Below, piece by piece: positions 18,726 to 27,812 of a stretch of DNA of 63,039 bases (the first letter of the stretch is position 1; each line of letters starts with the position of its first letter). A program made the translations under genes and the position numbers. Origin of the DNA: a virus (Duplodnaviria > Caudoviricetes). Below the pieces are notes generated by a model. That model saw only the letters and a program-made list of their open reading frames with translations, did no database searches and was not told the origin of the DNA. Where the stretch lies: the IMG/VR virus record IMGVR_UViG_3300033145_002283, positions 1-63,039 of that record; one strand, written 5' to 3'.

Positions 18726-19127
18726 TCAGCGAATATATAAATATCGTTGTAGGGGTATGATGATTTCATACCGTTCGCCTGGTCTTAATTGGGGCAGGCC
18801 GTCACCAAATTGACCCTTCCCAAATTGATAATCATGTTCATCTTCTAAAGAGGATGAATACTCGCCGAAAACTGTGAGGTATTGAACCGGCGGGAGAGTC
18901 GCGATCTGCCGAAATACCGGCAGGGCCTCATGCCGGAAATCAGGGACTATGCTATCTCCTGATTTATCATTAATTTCTTGATCAAGTTCAATGCACCCAC
19001 CATCCACCAAAGTGGTTGTTACTTTCACCTCATGGCGCCGACCACCGGCCGTACATGAGTAGGACTCCATAAATGGAGTAAGTTCCAGTACATCTTTTTT
19101 GGTTTTTTCATTTGTTACTATTATCAT
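18726..19127 (-). CDS. Hypothetical protein
   Basis: AAGGAGGAGG RBS, TATAAT upstream. Confidence 0.7.
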   Translation of the reverse strand: MIIVTNEKTKKDVLELTPFMESYSCTAGGRRHEVKVTTTLVDGGCIELDQEINDKSGDSIVPDFRHEALPVFRQIATLPPVQYLTVFGEYSSSLEDEHDYQFGKGQFGDGLPQLRPGERYEIIIPLQRYLYIR

Positions 19128-19457
19128 TTCCTCCTCCTTTTATGTATATTATAAAGATATTATTAATTATCTTTCGGTTTAAAAACAAAAACCAATGAAA
19201 AAATTCCTAACCCCAGAAAGTTCCACATCCACGATGTTGTTTCTGCCCCGGCCAGGCAGAGGCCAAAGCAGAAGCAACATCCACACAATATATTCCTGAT
19301 CATTTGCTCTCCTCATTGCATGGTGAAGGTTGCTGATTTTCTAACTCATATAATTGTGTCTTCATAGATTCCCAATCTTTGGCGGCTTTTAAAGTCCGGA
19401 ATTTACGGGTTTCGCCCCATATTGTAACATGCCATTGATTGTCTTTTCCGATCTTAA

Positions 19458-19733
19458 TCATTTGTCCTCCTCGTTGTAATTGATAATTTCAGTCAACCGC
19501 CGAATGAGGTGTTTTTTGTTTTTGTAAGCATAGCACGGACAAGTGGTTACTATGTCGATTTTGGGGAATAGTTCTTTGCAGATTTCACAACCGTATCTGG
19601 GTTTATCATCTTGTGAAATAGCAAAGTGAGACCATTCCGGGCACCTCACCGTACTATTATTGTTTTCAATTTCGTTACGGATAATTCTCAGGTATTCGAC
19701 CCCATCTTCATTCAATTTTATGAATTTTCTCAT
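19458..19733 (-). CDS. Cys-rich hypothetical protein
   Basis: C..CxxC..CxC; ATGA overlap. Confidence 0.6.
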   Translation of the reverse strand: MRKFIKLNEDGVEYLRIIRNEIENNNSTVRCPEWSHFAISQDDKPRYGCEICKELFPKIDIVTTCPCYAYKNKKHLIRRLTEIINYNEEDK

Positions 19734-21760
19734 TTTTTATCCTCCAGTTTTTTAATCAATTCGGTTAATAATGATCCTCCTGAAACCTCTTCCCCATCTA
19801 ATATCTGATTGAGAACCTCCATTTTTTTGTCAAGCAAGCCAGCAATATCTTCTTCAATGGTGTTTTGGGCGATCAGATAATAGGCGAAAACAGAATCTGC
19901 TTCCTGCCCAATCCTATGAACTCGGTCTTCAGCCTGGCTATGTTCTGCTGGTTTCCAGGCAAGCTCAATGGTTGCTGTGGCGTTCGCTGCTGTCAGGGTC
20001 AACCCTGTCCCGGCAGCCTTTACATTACCAATTAACAATTTGATTTTGGGATCTTCTTGAAAAGCCTCGACATTTTTATTCCGTTTTTTCAACGATGTTT
20101 TGCCGTATATTGAAACGGCCTTTTCCCCGAAATGTTCCATCAATATTTCAATGATTTTGGTATGAACGCAGAAGACGACCAGCTTATTATTGTTTTCAAG
20201 GTAACCCTCAATCCATTCAATACAGGCGTTGATTTTCCCTTTGATAGCCAGCTGTTTCAATTTTTCAATTGCGACCAGATGTTCAGCTTCGCTTGCCTTG
20301 TCAGCCGCCTTGTCTCCGCTGGTTTCCCTGATGTATGATATGATATCGCTGGCGGCATCATCGTATTCCCGCCGGTTATTTATTTCGAGGGAAATGACCA
20401 TGCGGTTTTTGGGCGGCAGCTCCGGCAATACATTTTTTTTCAGCCGCCTGATCATGACCGTTTTTGCTAATTTGTCGTGCAATTCCTTTGTGTTGGTCGC
20501 TCCGGTAAAATCCCATCCAAACCCGTTGTGGGTGGCCCCGCAGTATTTCTGTGCATAATTCCAGTATGACGGGAAAATGGTCGGGTTGATAATTTTGATT
20601 GGTGTATAAAATTCAATCGGCCGGTTTTCAATGGGCGTTCCTGATAAACCTACAATATATGGGATCTTCTTTGCCAGCCTATTGCAGGCTTTGCCTCTAT
20701 GGGTCTTCAGATTTTTCAGGTACTGGATTTCATCAAAACAAATGAATTCCGGCTTGATTTTTGCAAGATGGTCACCCCAACCGGTATTTTTTTGCTCAAC
20801 TGATTTTGTCTTGCCGGTATATTCGTCTTTGACTTTTTTGTATTTGTTGCTGACAACGTCATAATTGATAACAATGATTCCGTCATCTGGTATTGCCTTG
20901 TTTTTTGACCATCTGCCGGATAATGTATGTACCGTTTCCCCGGGCAGCCACTTATTGATTTCTTTTTTCCAATTCGCTTTCAGCGAGGCGGGACAGACAA
21001 TGATTGCCGGCCGAGCTTCCGGATGAAGATGCAGCCAGCACAGGGCCTGAATAGTTTTTCCGAGGCCCATCTCATCTCCTATCAATGCCCGACCATGTCT
21101 GGATTCGATATATTCCACCCCTTCCATCTGATATGGCCGGGGTTTCAGCCCAGCAGGCAGCCCGGGTATTTTTTTCAGATCAATATCTTTGTACTGGTTT
21201 TTCTTTTCCCAGTCCAGAATATCTTGGGACAGTTCAAACCCCCATTCCCTCAATTTTTCAATATTTTCAAGGGATATTGGGGCTGACCATTTTTTTGTTT
21301 CACTATTGAACCGCCGTTCTTCAAGAGATTTTACCTTTCCAAGATATTCCTGAAACCGGGTATCGCCTATTGGGAAGGAAAATTTGATAATCATGTTCAG
21401 ACCCTTGAGGGTTGCCTCCAGAACAGGCGGCCTGAATTTTTTTTCTTCTTTAACGATATCATCAGCCGTTTCAATCCCGATTTTTTCAACCCCGGATCTC
21501 ACAGCCTGTCCGGCATACTTCATCATATTCCGCCGGACATACACCATCTGCTTTTCCGAAAGTTTCCCCCATTTCAGAAAATTCTTTGCCAGGGAAGTCA
21601 TGAAGTTTGCATCAGAAGAATTAAATCCAATACCGTTTTCATAAACGGTATTCTCAATTATCTGTTCATCATCTTCCTGATTGTAATAAACCGTTATCAG
21701 GGCCTTGATGGCCCATCTGTCGTCTGTCTCAATTAATTTTTTTAATTCATCCGAAGTCAT
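19730..21760 (-). CDS. SNF2-family helicase (SMARCAL1/HARP-like annealing helicase)
   Basis: PYQ, DEMGLGKT, DEIQ, SGTP, QAEDRVHRIGQ; RFNSETKKW HARP-like segment. Confidence 0.88.
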   Translation of the reverse strand: MTSDELKKLIETDDRWAIKALITVYYNQEDDEQIIENTVYENGIGFNSSDANFMTSLAKNFLKWGKLSEKQMVYVRRNMMKYAGQAVRSGVEKIGIETADDIVKEEKKFRPPVLEATLKGLNMIIKFSFPIGDTRFQEYLGKVKSLEERRFNSETKKWSAPISLENIEKLREWGFELSQDILDWEKKNQYKDIDLKKIPGLPAGLKPRPYQMEGVEYIESRHGRALIGDEMGLGKTIQALCWLHLHPEARPAIIVCPASLKANWKKEINKWLPGETVHTLSGRWSKNKAIPDDGIIVINYDVVSNKYKKVKDEYTGKTKSVEQKNTGWGDHLAKIKPEFICFDEIQYLKNLKTHRGKACNRLAKKIPYIVGLSGTPIENRPIEFYTPIKIINPTIFPSYWNYAQKYCGATHNGFGWDFTGATNTKELHDKLAKTVMIRRLKKNVLPELPPKNRMVISLEINNRREYDDAASDIISYIRETSGDKAADKASEAEHLVAIEKLKQLAIKGKINACIEWIEGYLENNNKLVVFCVHTKIIEILMEHFGEKAVSIYGKTSLKKRNKNVEAFQEDPKIKLLIGNVKAAGTGLTLTAANATATIELAWKPAEHSQAEDRVHRIGQEADSVFAYYLIAQNTIEEDIAGLLDKKMEVLNQILDGEEVSGGSLLTELIKKLEDKK

Positions 21761-21800
21761 AACCCAGCTCCTTTTATGGTTTTATGGGTGGTTGATAATA

Positions 21801-22310
21801 TTATTCGTTGAGGGTTTTGTGGGCGAGATCAAAAATATCTGTTGCAACTTTTAATATTTTGTCTCTCATAATGTTGTTTTTTTCTTCGTTTTGGAGCATT
21901 TTGTTTTTCATATGATTATTTTTGAGACGTTCTTGCAAGACGAGCTGATTGCTTTTGGTCAGCTCACATTCCGTATCTTCCAACCGGTCTTTCATTTTTT
22001 TCAATTCGGTTTTGAGCCTTTCGATCTCGGTATTCTGCTCCATGATTTTAATTTCCATATCACAAGGCAGGGTCGGAAAGAAATCATTTTTGATTTTGTT
22101 TCTTAACCACTGTATATTCCGTCCGGTAAAATATTTATACAGGTAATTATCCGGGCATGTCAGGTATTCTTTTTCCAGACGGTCAATAATGGCGATTTCG
22201 TCGGCTTTACACATATTGTCTTCAATTTTCAGCATGAATTTTTTCATCGTTAACTCCTCACTATTTCTTGTATTGTTGACAATGCCCGCTGGGCGCGGGC
22301 GGGCTTCCAT
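21801..22310 (-). CDS. Coiled-coil hypothetical protein (likely start 22247)
   Basis: GAGGAG RBS before MKKFML. Confidence 0.6.
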   Translation of the reverse strand: MEARPRPAGIVNNTRNSEELTMKKFMLKIEDNMCKADEIAIIDRLEKEYLTCPDNYLYKYFTGRNIQWLRNKIKNDFFPTLPCDMEIKIMEQNTEIERLKTELKKMKDRLEDTECELTKSNQLVLQERLKNNHMKNKMLQNEEKNNIMRDKILKVATDIFDLAHKTLNE

Positions 22311-22744
22311 CCGGAATTTGTTACCAGATATCGGGTTAACCGCCGCCTGGTAACTTTGGGGCAGGACACTTCATTGCACATGGCGGCCAGCCGTTCCGGC
22401 ATGTTAAAAATTAAATTGATAATTGTAACCACATCATCCCCTGATTTTTCAAGGATATCCTTAAAGGCGACTCGTCTCTGTTGGTTGTAATTGTCTTTTG
22501 ACATATTGTCTGTAATAGGGCTGTTATCAATGGACGGTTTTGTAAAATTGTGCAGGTGCCCGTTGACAGTATTATACAGGTGGGTACAGAATTTGCTTTT
22601 ATCAGGGTTGAAAGTTTTGCACGCCCGAACATAAGCCCAATTGGCTTCAGAAAGAAGTTCGTCAAACTCATAACCGATCCGGGCATATCGCCAGACCAGT
22701 TTGTATATCATTTTTTTGTATTTGTTGTATTTGTTGTCCATCAT
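22250..22744 (-). CDS. RNA polymerase sigma-70-like factor
   Basis: Region 2 pattern MIYKLVWRY..EFDELLSEA..A..TFNPDKSKFCTHLY. Confidence 0.75.
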   Translation of the reverse strand: MMDNKYNKYKKMIYKLVWRYARIGYEFDELLSEANWAYVRACKTFNPDKSKFCTHLYNTVNGHLHNFTKPSIDNSPITDNMSKDNYNQQRRVAFKDILEKSGDDVVTIINLIFNMPERLAAMCNEVSCPKVTRRRLTRYLVTNSGWKPARAQRALSTIQEIVRS

Positions 22745-22959
22745 AAAAGATCCTTTATGTTTTGAAAAGCCAGGGTTTTGGTTTTCAGGTTTAAGGCATC
22801 TTGCAATGCCAGGGTCTTGGTCAGGCGTGGAGTATGAGATATTTTTTCTGAAAGCAGTCTACCATTTTTATATACCTTGATGGCTCCTTGGTATACCCGG
22901 GCGCCAAAAAGCCTGTTTTTGATAAAACTACAATGGATTTTCATATCGTCTCCTTTCAA
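22741..22959 (-). CDS. Hypothetical early protein
   Basis: AAGGAG RBS. Confidence 0.55.
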   Translation of the reverse strand: MKGDDMKIHCSFIKNRLFGARVYQGAIKVYKNGRLLSEKISHTPRLTKTLALQDALNLKTKTLAFQNIKDLL

Positions 22960-23003
22960 TAAAAAAAAGCCATACCCTTCGCATGAGAGATACGGCCTTG
23001 AAA

Positions 23004-23489
23004 TTATAATCCTGCCTTCCGCAATGCTTCGGCCAAGGCACCGTCTGGTTCCGGGAGATCCGGTTCCACGGGTTCTTTTTCCTCGACCGGTAGCAGGCCC
23101 ATTGCCGCCATTACACCAGTAGGTAGGTCAATTGGCTCGCCATTTTTAAACGCTACAATATGAGCAGATCGGCGGGCATATCCAAAAATACGAAGCGCCG
23201 AAAAAGGCGAAAGCGCCCAAAGGTTTACAGCATTGTTGCTTTGTAAACCAATAGAGCATATATTAACTGCCCCAGCTAAGGTCTCGGAATCTCCGCAAAC
23301 ATAATACCAGTTACCCTTGATATTCTCATGATCTGTTGGGGTGAACTGATATGTTCGATGTCCCTCGAGTTTTCCAAGGTACACCATTTCTCCGTATTGT
23401 GGGGAGTTCCAATCAATTTCGTCAGGGGCTACGATTGCCAAGCCCCAGCGATTATTTGTTGATGTCCAGCGTTTTTCCGTAAGCATCAT
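23004..23489 (-). CDS. Hypothetical early protein
   Basis: 161 aa; C-terminal ALAEALRKAGL. Confidence 0.7.
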   Translation of the reverse strand: MMLTEKRWTSTNNRWGLAIVAPDEIDWNSPQYGEMVYLGKLEGHRTYQFTPTDHENIKGNWYYVCGDSETLAGAVNICSIGLQSNNAVNLWALSPFSALRIFGYARRSAHIVAFKNGEPIDLPTGVMAAMGLLPVEEKEPVEPDLPEPDGALAEALRKAGL

Positions 23490-23534
23490 AAATTCCTTCC
23501 GGGCAGTTTAACGCCTTGCCTGGGCCTCAAAAGT

Positions 23535-23864
23535 TTAAACCAGCTCCCAACCTTCGGGAGCAACGGTATGCACTACACGGCCACCGGGCAACTCCTTGGC
23601 CACCCTGCAGTCGTTGTGCATAACCCACACATTGACGCCCGCCCTACTGCCGGCGAGCATCAGAATGAGGGCAGGGATTGGAGAAACGAAGACGACGGGC
23701 CGGTCTCCGATTTCCGGTAGGACTTCATCCCGCATTTCTGCGAGAGTCCATCCCCCGGCAGGGACAGGGAAAAGCTCCCAGGGTCCCCGCAATTCCTCGT
23801 TTAGCACTCTTTTCTGATCAGGCAAGAGAGAGTGCTGTTCGTTGATTATAATTAATGTTGTCAT
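23535..23864 (-). CDS. Small Rossmann-like early protein, faintly Csx15/Csx20-like
   Basis: GAGGAGG RBS; IINEQHSLLPDQ, VVFVSP, HND..KELPGG. Confidence 0.6.
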   Translation of the reverse strand: MTTLIIINEQHSLLPDQKRVLNEELRGPWELFPVPAGGWTLAEMRDEVLPEIGDRPVVFVSPIPALILMLAGSRAGVNVWVMHNDCRVAKELPGGRVVHTVAPEGWELV

Positions 23865-24071
23865 GATTTCCTCCTCTATTTGTTTTGGACATGATTTTTC
23901 TAACAAGGTCATGCCCGTTTGCCTTGCCGGCTGCATGTTTTTCCGCCTGCCGGGGGCGCTCGTGGTCACGTCGTTTCCTATTGTGCTGCCACGTCAGCAC
24001 ATTTCACTATATTTTAACAGCCGTGAAATTAGGCTGGCCTATGTGCCCTATCCCCTTAAGGATTCGTGACG

Positions 24072-24509
24072 CTATTTTATTTTGATGCGGTCTAATCTCC
24101 TTGTTCCAGGGTTGAGATAAAAAACAGGACATGAATATTCTGCTGCAAATCTGGAAACAGCTTGCAGGGCTGTTTGTGAGATTTTCGTGCTTTTTAGCAC
24201 GACACCGAGATATTCTGGGCGGCAGAATACTTCAGTATGATTACTAATAGCTATATCAGGACGGCGTGTTTTTCGGAGTGTCCCGTTAGAGTTATACTCA
24301 CTCCACACGTCGCCCGAATATTTTTTTACAACAGCGGAATTTTTGACAAGCAAGCCAACTTTTGCGTGTTGAATGAAACTCCGCCCATGTTGCAGTTTTT
24401 CAGCGGCAATATGTTTGCGCTGGATCTGCTTAATTTCAAAACAGAGTGCAGAGTATAGTCCTCTGCTTTCTCTATTTTTTCTAAAAGCGCCCAACCAGCG
24501 GATGATCAT
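24072..24509 (-). CDS. Hypothetical early protein
   Basis: Follows leader repeat copy 2. Confidence 0.7.
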   Translation of the reverse strand: MIIRWLGAFRKNRESRGLYSALCFEIKQIQRKHIAAEKLQHGRSFIQHAKVGLLVKNSAVVKKYSGDVWSEYNSNGTLRKTRRPDIAISNHTEVFCRPEYLGVVLKSTKISQTALQAVSRFAAEYSCPVFYLNPGTRRLDRIKIK

Positions 24510-24513
24510 GATC

Positions 24514-24552
24514 TCCTCCTTTGCCCGGCCTTGCGACCGGGCTGTGTTGTTG
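24514..24552 (-). repeat. 39-bp leader repeat with GNRA hairpin and RBS, copy 2
   Basis: One mismatch vs 18666-18704. Confidence 0.85.
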
Positions 24553-24556
24553 TTGG

Positions 24557-24838
24557 TTATATTTCCTCGATTTGACCGGCCTCGATCATCTTGACCAAAG
24601 CGAGCCTGGTGGTTGTTTGGCCCTGATCCGTTGTGATGCTAATGTTGTGAGTATCCAAGTTATAGGTAATGGTTGTAATGGTGGCTACCATCGTTCCGGC
24701 CTTAAGTTTTTGCCCTACTTCTGGGCAAAGGTTATTATTTTCTTTCAAAAAAATTTCGTTTTTTTCATATCCGCTTATTTCTTTGTACATTTCTTTAACT
24801 TTTTTCATAACATCCTCCTTTTTAATGGTTAAGTTCAT
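24557..24838 (-). CDS. Hypothetical first early protein (likely start 24808)
   Basis: AAGGAGG RBS before MKKVKE. Confidence 0.6.
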   Translation of the reverse strand: MNLTIKKEDVMKKVKEMYKEISGYEKNEIFLKENNNLCPEVGQKLKAGTMVATITTITYNLDTHNISITTDQGQTTTRLALVKMIEAGQIEEI

Positions 24839-25039
24839 TTAAGCCCAAAAAGTAATTTTTGAACTTGAATCAAATCAACCATAATTCTTAATTTCAAATC
24901 AAATTGGCTTGCCGGATTCGGTAGCGGCTTCTTAAGATCCCGGTCAGTTTGCGTTGGCTCACCCTTTCGGGCTTTCGGGGCCGGGCTCCCAGGGTATTTC
25001 CCCGGGCAGGCTGTGGGGCTTTCTGATTTCTCCCCCAAC

Positions 25040-25282
25040 CTTGACTATAAATATATAGGGAAAAATAAAGAAAATAAAGGTAAAAAATATTATGGAAACT
25101 ATTATAATCATTACCTTTATTTATACCTTGAAAAATATCTAATAAAATAAACCCTTTATAAAACCAGAAAAACAATATATACTTTCAAAAAAAATTATTT
25201 TTTATGAAAAAAGCCTGATCATAAACAAAAAACCAGCAAAAAAGTTCTTTAGGTACGGTTTTGAAAAACAGGATATAGAAAA
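25040..25282. promoter_or_regulatory. AT-rich divergent control region between the early and late arms
   Basis: Strand switch point, A/T tracts, no credible ORF. Confidence 0.7.
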
Positions 25283-25996
25283 ATGGCAAATAAAAAACGG
25301 CAACGAACAAAAAATATCCCCAATAAGAAACCTAAGCATACATCCAAGTACCGTACATCAAAAATCCCATATAGAATACGGCATACAGAACCACTGCCGG
25401 ACATAGACCTAAACAATATAGATCAATATGATAAAGAACAGCTCAAACAGGTAATACTGTTGAACAGGGATAAGAACGGTAAACCAACAAAGTGGGGCCG
25501 CCCTACTGATTACAAACCTGAATATGATTATATGGCATATACCCTAATCAAGACCCATGGTATTACTATTGATGAACTGGCTGATGCATTTGGAACAACC
25601 TCTGCCGGGATCAAGAGATGGCGGGATACATACCCAAATTTTAATAATGCCATCATAAAAGGCCGGGACGAATTTGACAATGAACGGGTGAAGAAAACAC
25701 TGCGGGCCAGGGCACTGGGATACGAGTATGAGGAAAAGACGGTCAAGTATAAACGGTTCCCTGTGAAAGATAAAGATGACAAGGTCATCAGATGGGAAAT
25801 GAGACCTGTTGAAAGAACGGTTTACAAGAAAGCAATGCCCCCTGATGTTGGGGCTATTGCATGGTGGCAGAAAAATAGGGACTCGGCCCGCTGGAAAGAC
25901 CGCAAAGCAGTTGAGATTTCCGGGCCTGATGGCCAGCCCATGGAGCATAATGTCCATGTTTATATCCCGGAAAATGGTAGGGAAAAGGATAAATGA
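25283..25996 (+). CDS. terS: Terminase small subunit
   Basis: GRPTDYK, HTH, RALGYEYEE, PDVGAIAWWQKNR; upstream of TerL. Confidence 0.85.
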   Translation: MANKKRQRTKNIPNKKPKHTSKYRTSKIPYRIRHTEPLPDIDLNNIDQYDKEQLKQVILLNRDKNGKPTKWGRPTDYKPEYDYMAYTLIKTHGITIDELADAFGTTSAGIKRWRDTYPNFNNAIIKGRDEFDNERVKKTLRARALGYEYEEKTVKYKRFPVKDKDDKVIRWEMRPVERTVYKKAMPPDVGAIAWWQKNRDSARWKDRKAVEISGPDGQPMEHNVHVYIPENGREKDK

Positions 25997-27375
25997 CAGG
26001 TACAGGAACCATAATCCGGCCACAATCAGGGCCGCAGACGGCTTTTTTGGAAACACCTGCTGATATTGCTTTTTATGGTGGTGCAGCAGGTGGCGGAAAG
26101 ACCTTCGCCCTGTTGATGGAACCATTACGGCATATTCAGAACCCGAAATTTTCTGCTGTCATCTTCCGGCGGGAATCAACACAGGTTACTAATGAGGGTG
26201 GATTGTGGGATACGGCGTCTGAGATATATCCGGGTATCGGAGGCGCCCCAAATGAGAATAAATTGAAGTTCACATTTCCTAAGGGTTCCAGGGTCAGATT
26301 TGCACATTTACAACATGAGAAAAGCAAACATAACTGGCAAGGGGCGCAGGTTCCGTTTTTTGGGTTTGATGAGCTCACCCATTTTACATGGACGCAATTT
26401 ACATATATGTTGTCCAGAAATAGATCAACCTGCGGGGTCGTCCCATATATACGTGCAGGGTGCAATCCTGATCCTGATAGCTGGGTGAGGGATTTCATTG
26501 ACTGGTGGATTGGTGATGATGGTTTTGCTATTGATGAGCGGTCAGGGGTTATCAGATGGTTTATTGTATTGGGCAACGAGGTTATTTGGGCAAACAGTAA
26601 AGGATACCTGATCAAAAAATATGGTAAAGATATTGATGGCGAAGATGAAGCCATACAACCTAAATCGTTCACATTTATCAAATCCAATGTATATGACAAT
26701 AAAATTCTTCTCAAACAGAATCCTGAATACCTGGCAAACCTGATGGCCATGCCCCGGGTTGATCGGGAACGGCTGCTGGGTGGTAATTGGGATATCAGAC
26801 CGGTATCAGGGTTGTTTTTCCAGCGTGCATGGATTGAGATTGTTGATGAGTTACCGCCCAGGGATGAATTGGAAACAATACGGTACTGGGACAGGGCGGC
26901 AACGGAAAAAACTCCTGATAATGATCCATCATGGACGGCGGGAGTAAAACAATCGTATCATGAAACATCCGGGATCACGTTTATTGAACATGTTGAGAAA
27001 TTTCAGGGCACCCCTGCAACGGTCAGGAACAATGTTAAAAACCTGGCTATACAGGATACCGTTAATTGCATTGTAGGGATAGAACAGGACCCCGGCCAGG
27101 CCGGGAAGGCGGAGGCCGAGTCATATTTGGACCTGTTACCCCAGTTCAATGTCAAGATCAATGTTGTCAGAGAGTCCAAGGCCAACCGGGCGAAGCCAGT
27201 ATCCGCCCAGGCTGAACATGGGAGGTTGAAATTGCTGAGAGGCCCGTGGAATAAGGCGTTCCTGGACAAACTGGAATCATTCGATGGTACTGATAAAGGG
27301 CATATGGATGAGGTAGATGCAATGTCCGGTGGATATTATGTGTTGCACAACAAATCAAGGGTGGGGGTATGGTGA
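25993..27375 (+). CDS. terL: Terminase large subunit
   Basis: GGAAGGGKT, FDELTHF, CNP, RYWD, EQDPG, DEVDA. Confidence 0.95.
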   Translation: MTGTGTIIRPQSGPQTAFLETPADIAFYGGAAGGGKTFALLMEPLRHIQNPKFSAVIFRRESTQVTNEGGLWDTASEIYPGIGGAPNENKLKFTFPKGSRVRFAHLQHEKSKHNWQGAQVPFFGFDELTHFTWTQFTYMLSRNRSTCGVVPYIRAGCNPDPDSWVRDFIDWWIGDDGFAIDERSGVIRWFIVLGNEVIWANSKGYLIKKYGKDIDGEDEAIQPKSFTFIKSNVYDNKILLKQNPEYLANLMAMPRVDRERLLGGNWDIRPVSGLFFQRAWIEIVDELPPRDELETIRYWDRAATEKTPDNDPSWTAGVKQSYHETSGITFIEHVEKFQGTPATVRNNVKNLAIQDTVNCIVGIEQDPGQAGKAEAESYLDLLPQFNVKINVVRESKANRAKPVSAQAEHGRLKLLRGPWNKAFLDKLESFDGTDKGHMDEVDAMSGGYYVLHNKSRVGVW

Positions 27376-27638
27376 TGAACATAGATCTGACCAAGGCGTA
27401 TGCAGTTATTAACAAGGAAGAGGGCGAAGCCATTGTCTATACCGCCCAGGATTTTATTGTCCTGAATACTGAGGACATCCGTAAATTGTATTATGCGGTT
27501 TTGGGCATTGAAATGCCTGATACAACCATAAAAAAACAAATTGCCAATCAGCGCATGACGTCAACGATCAGTGTTGATGTACCGGAGGATATCTTGCTGG
27601 TTGAAAAGATTATTGAGGATAAAGAAATAAATAATTAA
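27369..27638 (+). CDS. Hypothetical protein
   Basis: Overlaps the terL stop. Confidence 0.6.
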   Translation: MVMNIDLTKAYAVINKEEGEAIVYTAQDFIVLNTEDIRKLYYAVLGIEMPDTTIKKQIANQRMTSTISVDVPEDILLVEKIIEDKEINN

Positions 27639-27812
27639 TAAAATCAATAGGTTATAAAACATGATTTCAACGAAATACATGAATATTGATAACTACTTGA
27701 TTTTATTACAAAAACATGTCCTTAAATTTAAACGATCTTTACATGGTGTATATAATTGTATTGATCAAAAATTATTGTTTAAATATGGGCGAATAAGAAG
27801 GTTGAAAAAATG
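27626..27812 (+). repeat. ~187-bp structured intergenic repeat, family A copy 1 (before portal)
   Basis: Near-identical to 37308-37493 and to the reverse complement of 51528-51714. Confidence 0.93.

Noticed and set aside
27626-27812. CRISPR array or IS element
   Set aside because: Dispersed copies, no repeat-spacer periodicity, no transposase or evident target-site duplication
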